Notes: generated by a model from the letters alone, not told the origin. DNA of 60,179 nucleotides, filler included, from Nemertoderma westbladi (GCA_032718475.1; 3 parts of 3 records of this genome joined end to end with filler, not necessarily neighbours in it); one strand, 5' to 3'. Positions 25,233-37,399 are shown, numbered from the whole stretch's first letter. Translations and numbers: made by a program.

Positions 25233-25332
25233 NNNNNNNNNNNNNNNNNNNNNNNNNNNNNNNNNNNNNNNNNNNNTTAATTAATTAANNNNNNNNNNNN
25301 NNNNNNNNNNNNNNNNNNNNNNNNNNNNNNNN
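25233..25332. other. Assembly gap with six-frame-stop linker TTAATTAATTAA
   Basis: N-run with central ttaattaattaa. Confidence 0.95.
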
Positions 25333-25504
25333 AATAAATTTAGAAATAGTTTGTAGATATTTTATATTCTGATTGGTGAAAACAGTCTTACTTACTGTTT
25401 TCATGGAGCGGTGATGAATTATTTCACTATAAGGTAGCATTTGTAGTTTAACTTTAACGTAAAAACTTTTGAAAATCCGACGTATTTTGATTAAGTTACA
25501 GTAA

Positions 25505-26670
25505 TGTAATATGCCTATTCATATTTGTACACATAAAACCCTTAGGTACTCTCGTGGCGTAGTGGTCAGATGGTTAAGGCGTTGGTTACATTACGTAGGT
25601 TACGAGTTCGAATCCCAGTCGGGAAATTTGTATTTTGGGGCCATTTATTTTCGTGTGGTGCTAATTGGTAGGCCAATGAGAAGCGTACAGCGTAGCGAAT
25701 GATGAGCCAGGCCAATCATAGGGCATAAATTATCTTATTGCTCAAATGTGAGGCAGTGGAAAATTCTGTTAGGATTCCATGTCCCAGATTAGTGTAAGGG
25801 CCGGACTGCGTTGAACGATGAGCTGGGCCAATCATAGAGCACGAAGCACTTCATTGCTCAATGGTGAAGCTGTGGAAAATTCTGTTTAGTTTCCATGTGC
25901 AATTTCTAGTATAAAAGGCCGGTTTGCCTTCGGTTATCACCTCCACCTTATCACGTCAATACCTGATATTATTATAGTTTATTCTTGTAAAATTAGTTAA
26001 TTCGGTTTCTTGTTGAAACTTTATTTGATAAATCCTTTTGTAAAACTGTAAATATACTGCAATTTCCTGACATGTTTTCTTTTGGTCCGACTTCGGGACA
26101 GCCGAACACCAGGGAGATGGCAGCCTAGATCGTTAGGCCGTAAGCAACGCAGGGAAGGGATGTCCACAACACGCTAGCGCCCACATTGGATTGACCGCGC
26201 ACCCCCTTTGCCCCTTCGAAATACTCCACTTGCTATGCAGCGCCCGCTTTGTGAGAAGGTAAGACTTTGTTCGACGCCCTTGCCCGCCGTAAGACCTATA
26301 GATCAGGGTAAGCGTGACACCGTACTGGACGCCGCAAATTTAGGATCAAATAATTATATCCAGACACCCCCCCCCCCCCCCTTTGTCAGTCCTACGAACC
26401 CCTGGGTTAACCTGTACTTCCTACAGGTGCGAACTATTGCCATTCGTCAGTACGCGAGTACATATTAGGTACGGACAGCATATGTTCCATAATTTAGTGA
26501 TTCGTAGCACTGACTGTTTGGTACCGGTTCGCTTTGTAGAACGTACATTAGTACCCCCCCCCCCCCCCCTGTCTGGAGTTAGCTATTTGATCAGGCAAGG
26601 AGTATTTCTGCTACCGGCACACTGCTTGGCCTAGGGAGGTTTATTAATATCCTACCGCGCCTTGCCACGT
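25505..26670 (+). mobile_element. LTR-like 5' end (TG...CA, 25505-26072) with PBS-like site and leader; inverted relative of 36370-37370
   Basis: tRNA-like A/B boxes (25555, 25604), duplicated CCAAT-containing ~118-bp block, TATAAAA at 25910, end ...cctgaca, then TGGTCCGA at 26083. Homologous to the reverse complement of 36370-37370. Confidence 0.6.
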
Positions 26671-28309
26671 ACTGATAGGTATTGCTGCTAACTACCGCAG
26701 CAACAAAGTTCTAGAATTAAATTAGTATACCAGATCAGCTAACGTACGGTAGCGATTAACCCCTATTCTTATCTTACAACCAGAATCTGGTATTAGTGCC
26801 GATCACGGGTGTAGTTACTAACACTGTGGTTGCCCATTGGGTTGTGGATAGGAAGGAGAGAGCTTTGACGTCATTCGTGAGTATAAAGTTCTACAAACGC
26901 GACTAGTTTATTTTAGTAGCTAGCGCACGGTATCATTTAGTCAGAAAATCACTAAAACCTAGTAAAAGGAATTACACGAAATTGTTTTATTTGTAACACA
27001 CCCACACACACACGCCCTAAAACATATCGCCCTTAAAGTTCTACTAGCTATAGCGCACTATACATTACTTTAGGTGGAAATTGTCTGTATTTGTAAAATT
27101 AGGATCTGATTTAGTTGCGGCAAAATAAGGAGTATTTCATTTTCGTTATTAAACTGTTGTTTGTCTGGACAACGGTATTGTTACATTTAGGCTTGACCCT
27201 TTAGACTGATTTCGTACAGGGGGATCAGTTATTGTTACATTTAGGTACGACCCCTTTTCGACTGATTTAGGACTGTCAGTGTTGTTACGCTAGGTCTGTT
27301 AACCCACTAGCTCGTATATAAACCATATAAATCACACCGCGGCAAGTTACTGTATTTAGGACTGTCAGTGATAGTTAGGATTCGCTGCGCGGGGATTGTT
27401 TTCCCGTGAGTTTGGTCTGTTACCGTAACTGTACATCTGCCTCACCGGTTAGAGGACAGGTATCCTTCTGTCTAGTACGTAGGCATTAGACCCGCTCACG
27501 TACATAGAATAGATACAAGGCTCTGTTCCTCGCCAGTAGTCGTTTGTGTATTGTATCTGTTTGTTTAGATATCCTGGACTGGGATTTGTTGTCAGATACT
27601 GTACGAGCCCGTATACATTACTAGAGTCTCATAGTAAGATACATCGTTACTAGGATCTGGTAAGCGGTATACTACTGGACCCTTACACTTAGATATACTT
27701 CAGGTTCTTACTGGAGAGTTAGGGTTACTTTCACAATTGCGACTCGCTACTGTAAACACACCTTAGTAGTAACATTCACCTACAAACGCACAAATTCCAC
27801 ATAACTGTCACAAATTGTACACATTCTATCACACATTCGGGTCATTTGTCCGTTAGTCAAGTGCCTTCCAGAATGTCACGTTGTTATTATGTATCTTTAG
27901 ATACTAGCGGTGTGCTATTTATTCCGTATGCTATTCAATGAGCAAGCTTTTTATTGTTCTGTTAACTCGCTTCTAATTCGTTGATATGGTGACATTATGG
28001 AAAGCTAGCGGTAGAATTAGGGTAATTCCCATGCATACAGATCTGGGATGCTATTTAATAGTAATTCTTTAATTGTCAATATCCTCTCTATATATGATTT
28101 TATGAATTTTATCGGCTATTGACTATATATTGGAGATTCTCGCACACAAATACACTTAATAGAGTGAATCTCCGCTCCCATGATCTATTAATTAATGGAA
28201 TTTTGGGAATGTTATAAATTGTACAAAATGACAATTTATTAAATTCATTGAAATATATGAATTTAAATTTATTCCCGTAAATTTTATTATTTAATGTTAA
28301 ATAGACGTA

Positions 28310-28600
28310 ATTTTATTCCAGAACGTGTCTGGGGACTGGGATCCTTGATTCTAGGAATTTTGTCTTTTTAAGAGTATCGGTAAGTGCTACGATATCTTAA
28401 TCGACTAGAATGTTAAAGGATCTAAAATTTGACAGATTTTGTAAATATTAATAATTAATATTTAGGATGGGCACCAGTTTATTCCAGAACTTGTCTGGGG
28501 ACGTTAACCACTAATTCTAGAATTTTGTCTTTCAAGTATATCGGTGGGTGCCGCGATATCTTAATCGACTAGAATTGCAGATGGTCAAAGGGTTTAACAG
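28310..28600. repeat. ~167-bp tandem duplication
   Basis: ttttattccagaac.tgtctgggga...gatatcttaatcgactagaat occurs twice. Confidence 0.8.
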
Positions 28601-29122
28601 ATTTATTTTGCGTTTTACGCTACTGTTAAAGGGACATCACGCTACTTTATGTATTATTTAATATACGGTATGAGAGCAATATCGCACGAAGAAATGTCAG
28701 TGTGAAGAGGCAAGTCGTTTCCAAGGTCTACCCAGAGCTTGGTTTAGCCGAGACACGAGGATCTGAACTTTGCATTCCTAATACTCTGCCTACCAATAAT
28801 ACTTAAATATAGTAGTGGCTTTATTGTACTTTAATAAGTACGGATATTTCATCTTACTGTAGTCACGTATTTATAATATGATACGGACAGTAAGGAAAGA
28901 GAAAAATAATTATTTCTCGCCGTCGCACTAAATATAATATACATAATTAACTAATAAACACGAATATATTGCACTAATCTACTAAATAATCGATAAAGTA
29001 ACATTCTACTAAATAAAATTAAAGAAAACGATTATAATAAAATTACATAATAATACATACATAATATAAAATAATAAAAAACAAATATAAATAATATAGT
29101 CACACACCCGCTCCATATGTTG

Positions 29123-31912
29123 TTACGTTATGGAGTCCCTAGATATTTGTCGGATTAGGGAAGTGGTCGTGGGAAGAGTATCTTGCCTTCCATAGTTTCC
29201 GGACAGTTTTCGGTCTCTTTCCAGTAAACATAAACGACCAGCTGGGCGATTGAGTGGTTGTGTTACTTTCTCCGCTCCCTTGGCTTGTCTAATCTTAGCC
29301 GGGGTAAGATGAGGAGGCCATTCATCTTCTTTACTTAGGAAGTCGGGTCCACCTAACCACGCTGGAGTATCTATCAGTTCTTGAGGAGTTGCTCCTCTGG
29401 AGGCGATGTCGGCTAGATTGATCGTCTCGGGGCAATGTCTCCATTGATCTACATTGGAGTTGATGTCGTCATTATCTGAGGAGTATGGTGTTCCCTCAGT
29501 TGGGTCATCAACTTCACTGCTCTCCACTTCCTGTTCACTTAATTGATATAGCTGTTCTTTTGGTAATCTTTCTATAAGAGTTCTACGAGAAGGGCCAGTA
29601 AAGTACCAACCTACTCTAGTTCTTCCCGCATAGACTTGTAGTGGTTGCGGTTGAGCAGGCCGTTTCTCCAATGTCTCGAGCGCTTCATGCGCATTTTGAC
29701 CGATGAGTATTTGGACTCCAGGGTAATCGGTGTTGAATCTAGGTATTTCAAGCTGCTGGGTGAAATCGTCCTCATCCCAGTTATAAGGTTCCACTTGGCT
29801 GGTCGCGAAGTTCTTTATCGCTACCATTTTTACTGACCTTATGCTGTGTTCTCCTAGTTCATCCTGGGGGGTGGACAACGCACCTACATAATAATCCGCG
29901 ATTACTGTAGATTTCCAAACCTGCATAATTCCTGACATGTTTAGCTTAGTTCGGAACTTGGGTTGTCCAGCAAAGATGTCTTCGGCTAGTTCTTTGTCGA
30001 TGAATGTTCCTGTACTACCGGAGTCAAGGAGGGCGTTCACTACATAACTCCTTTTAGGTCCATGGACCCTTACCTGTACTACAGGAAATTCTCGGATTCC
30101 TACATTGGAAGATGGCGCTTTCCAAGATGGTTGTCGATCAGAAGTAGTTAGAGTGAGGTCGCTGTCTGTATCTTTTTCATACGTGAGTGCTCGATACACT
30201 GCGGTATTTATTAAGTAACAGGATTCGTTTTCGTCGGAGAACTCGTCCGTATAGAATCCTTCCATCTCAGATTGATCAGTGTCGTTCACATCACTGAATT
30301 GGACATGTAGTTCGGAATCACTTACCTGACTCGGACTATTTCGCTCGAATTCAGTGTGCAACAAGATATGATGTTTCGCACCGCACTTTGCACACCTTGT
30401 GTCGGAGTAACAGGTTCGCCGTTGGTGTCCTCGTCTGAGACAATTATAACACAACCGCTTATCCCACATGACTTCCCGTCTCTCCGCTATTGATTTCTTC
30501 AGGAATTCATCACACATATTCAAACGGTGGGGCCCGTCGCACAACACACATTTGGGCTTGATGTTACTTACTTTAACATGCGCTGTGTGGTGCACGCTCG
30601 TTCTTTCCTCGGGCTTTCTCACCTGAATTCTCTTGGGAGACGTAGGAGGAGTTTTTCTTACCTGTTCTCTCCTGTCATTGGTTCGAGACTTGAATTTACT
30701 TACCTGTTCTTTAGGCGTTTTATTGACATAATAAGCTCTTTCAGTGTCTTTCCCGCTATCCTCTCCTTGAGAAGTCTGGCTTTCGCTGTCGTCTGTATAA
30801 CACACTGGTATTACCCTTCTCCTAGAAACGGGTTTCTCACTTACCTTGTTTTCCAGTGTCTTCTCTCTGGACTGCCTTAGGAGCTGTAATTTCACTTCTC
30901 TATCTAAGAATGACATGAGATCAGCCATGGTAGGGTCTCGTCGTTGTTGTTCCATCATATATAACACTTTCTTGTCCCAGCGTGTACCTACTCCACCCTT
31001 GGGCAAAGTAGATGCTAAGGCTCCTACAACCATAGAATTCTGGTATTCATGAGACTTACCTAACCAATCTAGTTGTCTACAGATCTCCTGAATCTCGTCG
31101 GAAAACTCTATAATCCCGCTGCTAAGAAACTTTCGGGGCGCCATTAATTTCGCATATAAATACCTAGCTATGTTAGTCCTATTACCATACCTGATGTTTA
31201 GTGTATCCCAAACTTGTCTTAATCCGTCTGGATGTCCAATAAACTTTAACGCCATTAACTTGGGAGATCCTTCTAAGCACTCGATGAGGAATCTAAGTTT
31301 CTCTCCATTAGATAGCACAGAGTTCTGTATGTTATCTTTGTAATATTCATTAAAAGGTAACCATTTCATCTCATCTCCATTGAACTTGACGATCTCTCCA
31401 ACCTTTACCGCTTGACGGGCTTCGGTTCTAGCCATTTGACGCGTAAAACTTTCTTGAGCCATCGTATTATTGAATATAGAATTATCGGTATATAAGTTTC
31501 TCGGATTAGGATCAGGTCTATATGGAATATTATTATCAACAGGTTTATAATCACCCTGAATAGGGTTTACTATAGGAGTTTCTACTTCACTAGCAGTATA
31601 GATGCGTGTAGGCTCCACACCTTGCGCATGAGATACTTCAGACCTAACGGGTTGACACATTGTTACAGGGGGTGGTGGTATACCCTTTTGTAAATTGACT
31701 AATTTATCGCATTCTAACGCGATACTTTGCTGCACCTTTTGCAACTCTAACCTACTTTCCCTTACTGTTCCCTTGAGCTGCTGAACAGTCTCTTCCATTT
31801 CCCGGACCTGCTGAGAGGAGCACAAACAGTGTTCCCTCAGCTGCTCGAGCAGGAGACCCATCTCCCGTCGTCCCTCAGCTACCCACTCAACCGCCGAAGC
31901 GGGAGTCGCCAA
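29123..31912 (-). CDS. BEL/Pao Gag + aspartic protease polyprotein with RT, most of RNase H and integrase deleted in frame
   Basis: DUF1759-like Gag (KFNGDEMKWLPF...EKLRFLIECLEG...LNIRYG), three zinc knuckles (CVLCDGPHRLNMC, CYNCLRRGHQRRTC, CAKCGAKHHILLH), protease ALLDSGS, RNase H end QWRHCP..NLADIASRG..WLGGPDFL, integrase tail RPAGRLCLLE. Confidence 0.9.
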   Translation of the reverse strand: MATPASAVEWVAEGRREMGLLLEQLREHCLCSSQQVREMEETVQQLKGTVRESRLELQKVQQSIALECDKLVNLQKGIPPPPVTMCQPVRSEVSHAQGVEPTRIYTASEVETPIVNPIQGDYKPVDNNIPYRPDPNPRNLYTDNSIFNNTMAQESFTRQMARTEARQAVKVGEIVKFNGDEMKWLPFNEYYKDNIQNSVLSNGEKLRFLIECLEGSPKLMALKFIGHPDGLRQVWDTLNIRYGNRTNIARYLYAKLMAPRKFLSSGIIEFSDEIQEICRQLDWLGKSHEYQNSMVVGALASTLPKGGVGTRWDKKVLYMMEQQRRDPTMADLMSFLDREVKLQLLRQSREKTLENKVSEKPVSRRRVIPVCYTDDSESQTSQGEDSGKDTERAYYVNKTPKEQVSKFKSRTNDRREQVRKTPPTSPKRIQVRKPEERTSVHHTAHVKVSNIKPKCVLCDGPHRLNMCDEFLKKSIAERREVMWDKRLCYNCLRRGHQRRTCYSDTRCAKCGAKHHILLHTEFERNSPSQVSDSELHVQFSDVNDTDQSEMEGFYTDEFSDENESCYLINTAVYRALTYEKDTDSDLTLTTSDRQPSWKAPSSNVGIREFPVVQVRVHGPKRSYVVNALLDSGSTGTFIDKELAEDIFAGQPKFRTKLNMSGIMQVWKSTVIADYYVGALSTPQDELGEHSIRSVKMVAIKNFATSQVEPYNWDEDDFTQQLEIPRFNTDYPGVQILIGQNAHEALETLEKRPAQPQPLQVYAGRTRVGWYFTGPSRRTLIERLPKEQLYQLSEQEVESSEVDDPTEGTPYSSDNDDINSNVDQWRHCPETINLADIASRGATPQELIDTPAWLGGPDFLSKEDEWPPHLTPAKIRQAKGAEKVTQPLNRPAGRLCLLERDRKLSGNYGRQDTLPTTTSLIRQISRDSIT

Positions 31913-32988
31913 CGTAGTAGCGGGCGAGCGAGAGACGACGGGCGATAAATTCTTGATTTCTCTCGCTCGGCGTCCAGGATGGGTTCGGACTCGGGAACAG
32001 TCCTACTGGGCACAGGTAGTTTAGTACTGTACAAAGGGAATTTATAGGCAGGTTCTGGGAGCACAGGTGTCTCTATCACCGAAGGGGTGATTTCAAGAAC
32101 AGGCCTAATTATTTCAGGCTCATCTACTACAGTAGGGAGTCTTTCTACTGTAATAATTTGGTCTGTGAGTTCTGTACTACCTAAGTCTGTGCTAGCTAGT
32201 TGCCTTCTCCCAGCTGGGGGCAGATTAGGCAATTTCTGACGGTGAGGCATTCTTCTACGTCCGTTGGAATGAGATCTATTTCCTCCGCCTTCAGGATCAG
32301 TGGTATCGCCTTCATCAGATGACGTAACGCTTGCGTCCTTCTTCTGAGGTTTCTCTGCCGTCGCTTCGCCTTCCACTTGAGAAAAGACAGCGTCTGTTGA
32401 TTCTCCTTGGGTCATGCGCTCGGTTAGCAGAGCTTTCCATTGAGTCGTTTCTTGGACTTTAAGACTCACTCGCCAGAACCAAGTCTTTACGGCGACCCGC
32501 AACGACGTATCTTGTCTTATCCTTGAGACTTTCTTATAGGCTGAAAGAATTAGTCTGATCCACAGAACTCGTTCGCGAACTTGATAAAACAGCTCTTCCT
32601 GCTCCCGAGGTCCGTGAGGCCGCTGAAACATCTGCTCCTCCAATCGCAACAGAGAGCTGAAGAATCTCTGTACATATCCTGCTGCCGACTCCTTCCACCT
32701 AGCCGAATCCCTAGTGTACCATACCACTCCCATCCTGTATAAGTCCTCCCAGCCAGCTTTCGATAAGTTAAACGGGAGTCCGGGTCCGGGGAAATTCCAT
32801 TGCGTCTCGACAATAGACTTCAGTTCCTCCTTTGTGTATCCCGCATAACTATCCTTGGTCGATCGCTCACTTTTCGCCCAATCCATCTGGTGCTCCTCCA
32901 CCGCAATCAATACCCTTTTGAGTACGGCTACAGGAAGGATGAGAAGGGGATCCAAACTATCTGACAGTGCCCGTTTTGTGTCAGACAT
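31879..32988 (-). CDS. 369-aa ORF upstream of and overlapping the BEL Gag; probable Gag N-terminal extension separated by a -1 frameshift
   Basis: ATG start and long ORF in AT-rich DNA. The Gag frame is open from ~32000, so the two frames overlap by over 100 nt. Confidence 0.6.
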   Translation of the reverse strand: MSDTKRALSDSLDPLLILPVAVLKRVLIAVEEHQMDWAKSERSTKDSYAGYTKEELKSIVETQWNFPGPGLPFNLSKAGWEDLYRMGVVWYTRDSARWKESAAGYVQRFFSSLLRLEEQMFQRPHGPREQEELFYQVRERVLWIRLILSAYKKVSRIRQDTSLRVAVKTWFWRVSLKVQETTQWKALLTERMTQGESTDAVFSQVEGEATAEKPQKKDASVTSSDEGDTTDPEGGGNRSHSNGRRRMPHRQKLPNLPPAGRRQLASTDLGSTELTDQIITVERLPTVVDEPEIIRPVLEITPSVIETPVLPEPAYKFPLYSTKLPVPSRTVPESEPILDAEREKSRIYRPSSLARPLLRWRLPLRRLSG

Positions 32989-34309
32989 GTTTGATTGTAC
33001 AGTTGAATGCCTACTGCTATATTACAGTCAAAGCAAGTCTAGTAATTCAGTATCACTGTTAGCCTAGTACCGGTAATTAATTACAATATATTAGAATACC
33101 GGTATACACTTATAGTATATATAAGTATTGTAAACTAGGTTTGTCACAGAGTACCGGTATATAATTTTAGCACAAATATATATAAATATATAATAGGCCT
33201 ATCGTGAATACCGGTATACAGCTTACACTGATAGTATATATAAGTATAATTATGGACTAGAATTAATTACAGAGTACCGGTATGATTTCAGCTCAAATTT
33301 ATAGAAATAAATATAATAAGCCTATGGTAATTACTGGTATGTCAATTATTTTAGAATAATTGAATTTCTGAATATTTTAGGGTTACTTGGTTACTTTAAC
33401 TTACTTTATTACCGTTATTTAAGCAGTAGTCCAACTGATATTGAGACCTAGTTGTTGTATGGCAGGCCTACTATTTATAAATCGTTTGAGTTGATTTATA
33501 ATATTTATATACCCGTTTAAAATGGGTTTTGTCAATATTTGAAATAAATGTTATTATTTCTGGGGGGAGTCACTACACAGAAGCTGTGCGCTCTCAGTGA
33601 AGTGCTATTTATTGGACACTAAAAACTGATAATTCTAATTTACCTAAGTTACTTATTACTACAAATTACGTACAATCTGGGTGAGATTACAATCTCTAAA
33701 TAAACACAAAAATTACAAATACACAAATACGAATTTTTAGGGTAATTTTACAGGGAATCTACAAACCAGCCTAACAAAGGGTTAAAATATCTGGTTATTA
33801 CGACGGACAGGTTACTACGGTATTTGAAAATAATAAGTAGTAGTAAATATACTGCGTTGTCCAGATAGGAAAATACCACCGCCTGACGACCTATAACCGT
33901 ATCGCTATAGGTACTACGTTATGTATCACGGAGTGTTCCTACCTAGAGATTAATTACCGCGGTCTACCAGAACCAACGTGCCTATTAACCACTTTACAAC
34001 ACAAATATACTGCCTACACACTAATTGCTTTCGGAAAGCACTGTACACTAAACCCTAAATTAGGTACAAGTACTTGTACAACAAATAATCAGTAGTTAAA
34101 AATACTTGAACAGCTAAAAGAACCACGGTATCTGCCGGAGTGACCAAAGCACAAAATCTCCAGTCTTTACCTACGCCGAGCAGCCCTGATGTAGTACCGG
34201 GGTTAGTTTAACTATAACGGTATGTATAACAAACACAATTACTGTAGGAATAAACTTGGGGATATGAATGTTGCGAATAATCGCACAAACTCTGAATAAT
34301 AAATATTAC

Positions 34310-34920
34310 GCTACGCGTACAAACTACTCAAACAAAATGCAGACCAAATACTGACAGACTACTATCAAGCCTAAACAAACTACGGTATATGCAGACTCCG
34401 AAATGATTAGTTAGTATGCGTTCTAACCTAGTAGTACGACTTATTCCTTCACAGGGGGTTTACCTTGAACTTGAAGCCCCTACGTTCCCAACACTTTATC
34501 GGACAGATGCTCTACACACACCGAAATTTCCTCAAACCCAACAACAGTCAGACAACTATCCAGCCTACAAATTATCTAAATAAAATTATACGCTACCCGT
34601 ACAGACTACACAAACAAAGTACAGACCAAACGCTGGCAGACTACTATTAAGCCTAAATAAACTACAGGACATGCAGACTCCGAAATGGTTAGTTAGTATG
34701 CGTTCTAACCTAGTAGTACGACTTATTCTTTCGGTGGGGGATTTACCTTACAGCTCTGGCTGCCCCTACATTTCTAACCGGCACTTTATCGGACATACAC
34801 TCTACATGCACTGCAATCCGTTCAGACCTATCAACAGTCAGACAACTATCCAGCCTACAAATTATCTGTACAATCTGGGCAGGCTTACACGGCCTTCTAC
34901 TCAATATTAGCCTACTAGTA
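34310..34920. repeat. ~280-300-bp tandem duplication in the BEL leader
   Basis: cagaccaaa...atgcagactccgaaatg.ttagttagtatgcgttctaacctagtagtacgac...cagacaactatccagcctacaaattatct occurs twice. Confidence 0.85.
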
Positions 34921-36369
34921 AATAAAACTGACAGAAATAAGTAAACCATGCAAAGGAATAAGGGGTGATCAATCCCTAATCCCCTAACAGCCTACAATAT
35001 ACAATATATCACAATCGAAATAATACTGCTGTACCTGTACTGTAAGTAAGTACCGGTCCGGATGATCAGGCAATCAGGCCTACTGGTTACCGGTCGACCG
35101 GTACTATCAACTTGATTGCTTACGCCGCAATCAAGAAGCTATAACTGTTACTGTTCGCGCTTTTAAGACCTTTGGCAGTTTAACCCGCCAAATCTATATG
35201 TCTTCTAGGTTATAAATCGACTTTAGCCTATGACAAGTATTTGACACAAATAAATCCAACATTAGCCGAAGCCAGTCTATGCGCGACCATTCACCCGCTG
35301 GATATACCCGAGAGACTGGATTCGGATGCTTTAATTTGATTGCGGTGCAGGCCTACCGTACTATTCGATTGATCGTTAATATATAATCTCTGACAAATAT
35401 TATTCACTTTCGGGAAATATTAGCAGTTCCTTTAGGACGTGGCGCTCTATCTATATAAACAGAGCTATGGCTTACACTAAACACAACGAATGGATTATAA
35501 GTTACACATAAGACGCATTCTTTAGGAGATGCTTTGTTACGCGGACAAGCACATACAGACTATTGCACACCGCTGCACACTGAATTGCCGATAGTCACTG
35601 ATTTTAATCATATATAAAGAGAATAGCAACCGGCATTTGTAGGGCCTATAAAATAGCATTCAATTCACTACACACTACAAACCACGATAATATAAGCCGC
35701 AATTGCTATATGTAGCCGGTCTCTCTAACCTTAGTGTATCAAGAAGATCGGGGTTTCTGATCGTTTATAGTTATTCTCCAAATAACAATATGCAAACGAA
35801 TGATACATTTAATAACAAACAGCAAATAGCAGTAAATAATGTGCAATACAGCAGCAGGTACCGTACCGGTCCTCACGCTGTCCAGTGCTGGTCATGTACC
35901 GTAGTACCGGTAACAGTTATGTGATCTTATAATTAAAGACGTTCTAATGTTGGAATAATTCAGAATAATTCCATGGCCGATGTTCATGGCATCAGGAAAA
36001 CCAACACACTGAACCCTGTGAGCTGCTGCAGGTAGATTTCAACACAGAAAGGAAAAGCTCTCATTGGCAGAGTTCCATATTCCACAGGTTCCAAATCGTC
36101 TAAAATGCCAAACCACCCTAGCCTTTGCAGCCAATTACATTGATTTAGCCAACATAAGGCTGAATCGCTCTGCTTGGTTGACCTTGCTCTGGTTGGTTGA
36201 TCGAACCCAACAAAGAGGCCGTCGCTAGGCAAATCAGCCAATCAGCCGGTAGCTTTCATCCTTTGAGTTAGGGAGTTTTTCTTTAGAGTATTTGAGCGCA
36301 TTAAGGGAAACTGGATTGCGAAGCAAAAGGGCCAGTTATATCCCGCAAAAGCTTTTACACTAGCAGTTC

Positions 36370-37370
36370 GTGGCAAGTCGCGGTAGGATATTAATAAACC
36401 TCCCTAGGCCAAGCGAAGTGCCGGTAGCAGAAATACTCCTTGCCTGATCAAATAACTCGAGTTCAGACAGGGGGGGGGGGGGGGGGGGGGTGGGGGTACT
36501 AATGTATAATCTACAAAGCAAACCGGTACCGAACTGTCAGTATTGCGAATCACTAAATTATGGAACATATGCTGTCTGTACCTAATATGTACTCGCGTAC
36601 TGACGAACGGCAATAGTTCACACCTGTAGGGAATACAGGTTAATCCAGGGATTTGCAGTACTGGTATCTAGCTATTTGATCCTAAATTTTGCGGCGTCCC
36701 AGGACGGCATCACGCTTACCCTGATCTATAGGTCTTACAGTGGGCAAGGGCGTCAAACAAAATCTTACCTTCCTCGGAAATCGGGCGCTGCATGGCAAGG
36801 TGGAGTATCTCGAAGGGGCGAAGGGGGCGCGCGGGCTAATCTAATGTGGGCGCTAGCGTGTTGTGGACATCTTCCCTGCGTTGCTGACGGCCTAACGGTC
36901 TAGACAGCCATCCTCCCAATGCTTGGCTGTCCCAATGGTGGACAAATGGAAATATACATGTTCAAAGTTTACAGTATATTTAAGTACTTTACAAAGAGTT
37001 TATCAACCAAATTTACATAAGTTCCAACAAGAAACTTAACAAATGTAACTAAAGAATGGAGATAAGTCAAGGTTATTAGAAATAACAAATTTGAGACAAG
37101 TATACGATTAGGTATAAGTGATAACCAAAGGCAAACCATTATATAGCAAATCTGGGACATAGAATCCGCTAGAATCTTCCAGAGCATTCCATGGCCTCAC
37201 ATTGGGGCAATAAGATGTTCCATGCCCTATGATTGGCCCAACTCATTGTTCCATACGTTGTACGCACCTCATTGGCTTATCTAATCTGATCAAAGTGAAA
37301 ATAAATTGCCCAAAAATGCAAATTTCCCGACTGGAATTCGAACTCGTAACCTATCTGTAATGTACACCTA
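36370..37370 (-). mobile_element. LTR+leader-like 5' end oriented toward the BEL ORFs, 5'-truncated
   Basis: Reverse complement of ~25590-26670 at clearly imperfect identity; retains the box-B segment (37333-37345) and a single CCAAT block. Confidence 0.65.
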
Positions 37371-37399
37371 TCTGTAATGAGTTGTACACCTTGCGGGGG

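Noticed and set aside
25590-37370. DIRS-type element (inverted terminal repeats)
   Set aside because: No tyrosine recombinase or DIRS RT; the ORF is BEL/Pao-type with an aspartic protease, and the arms are clearly diverged.
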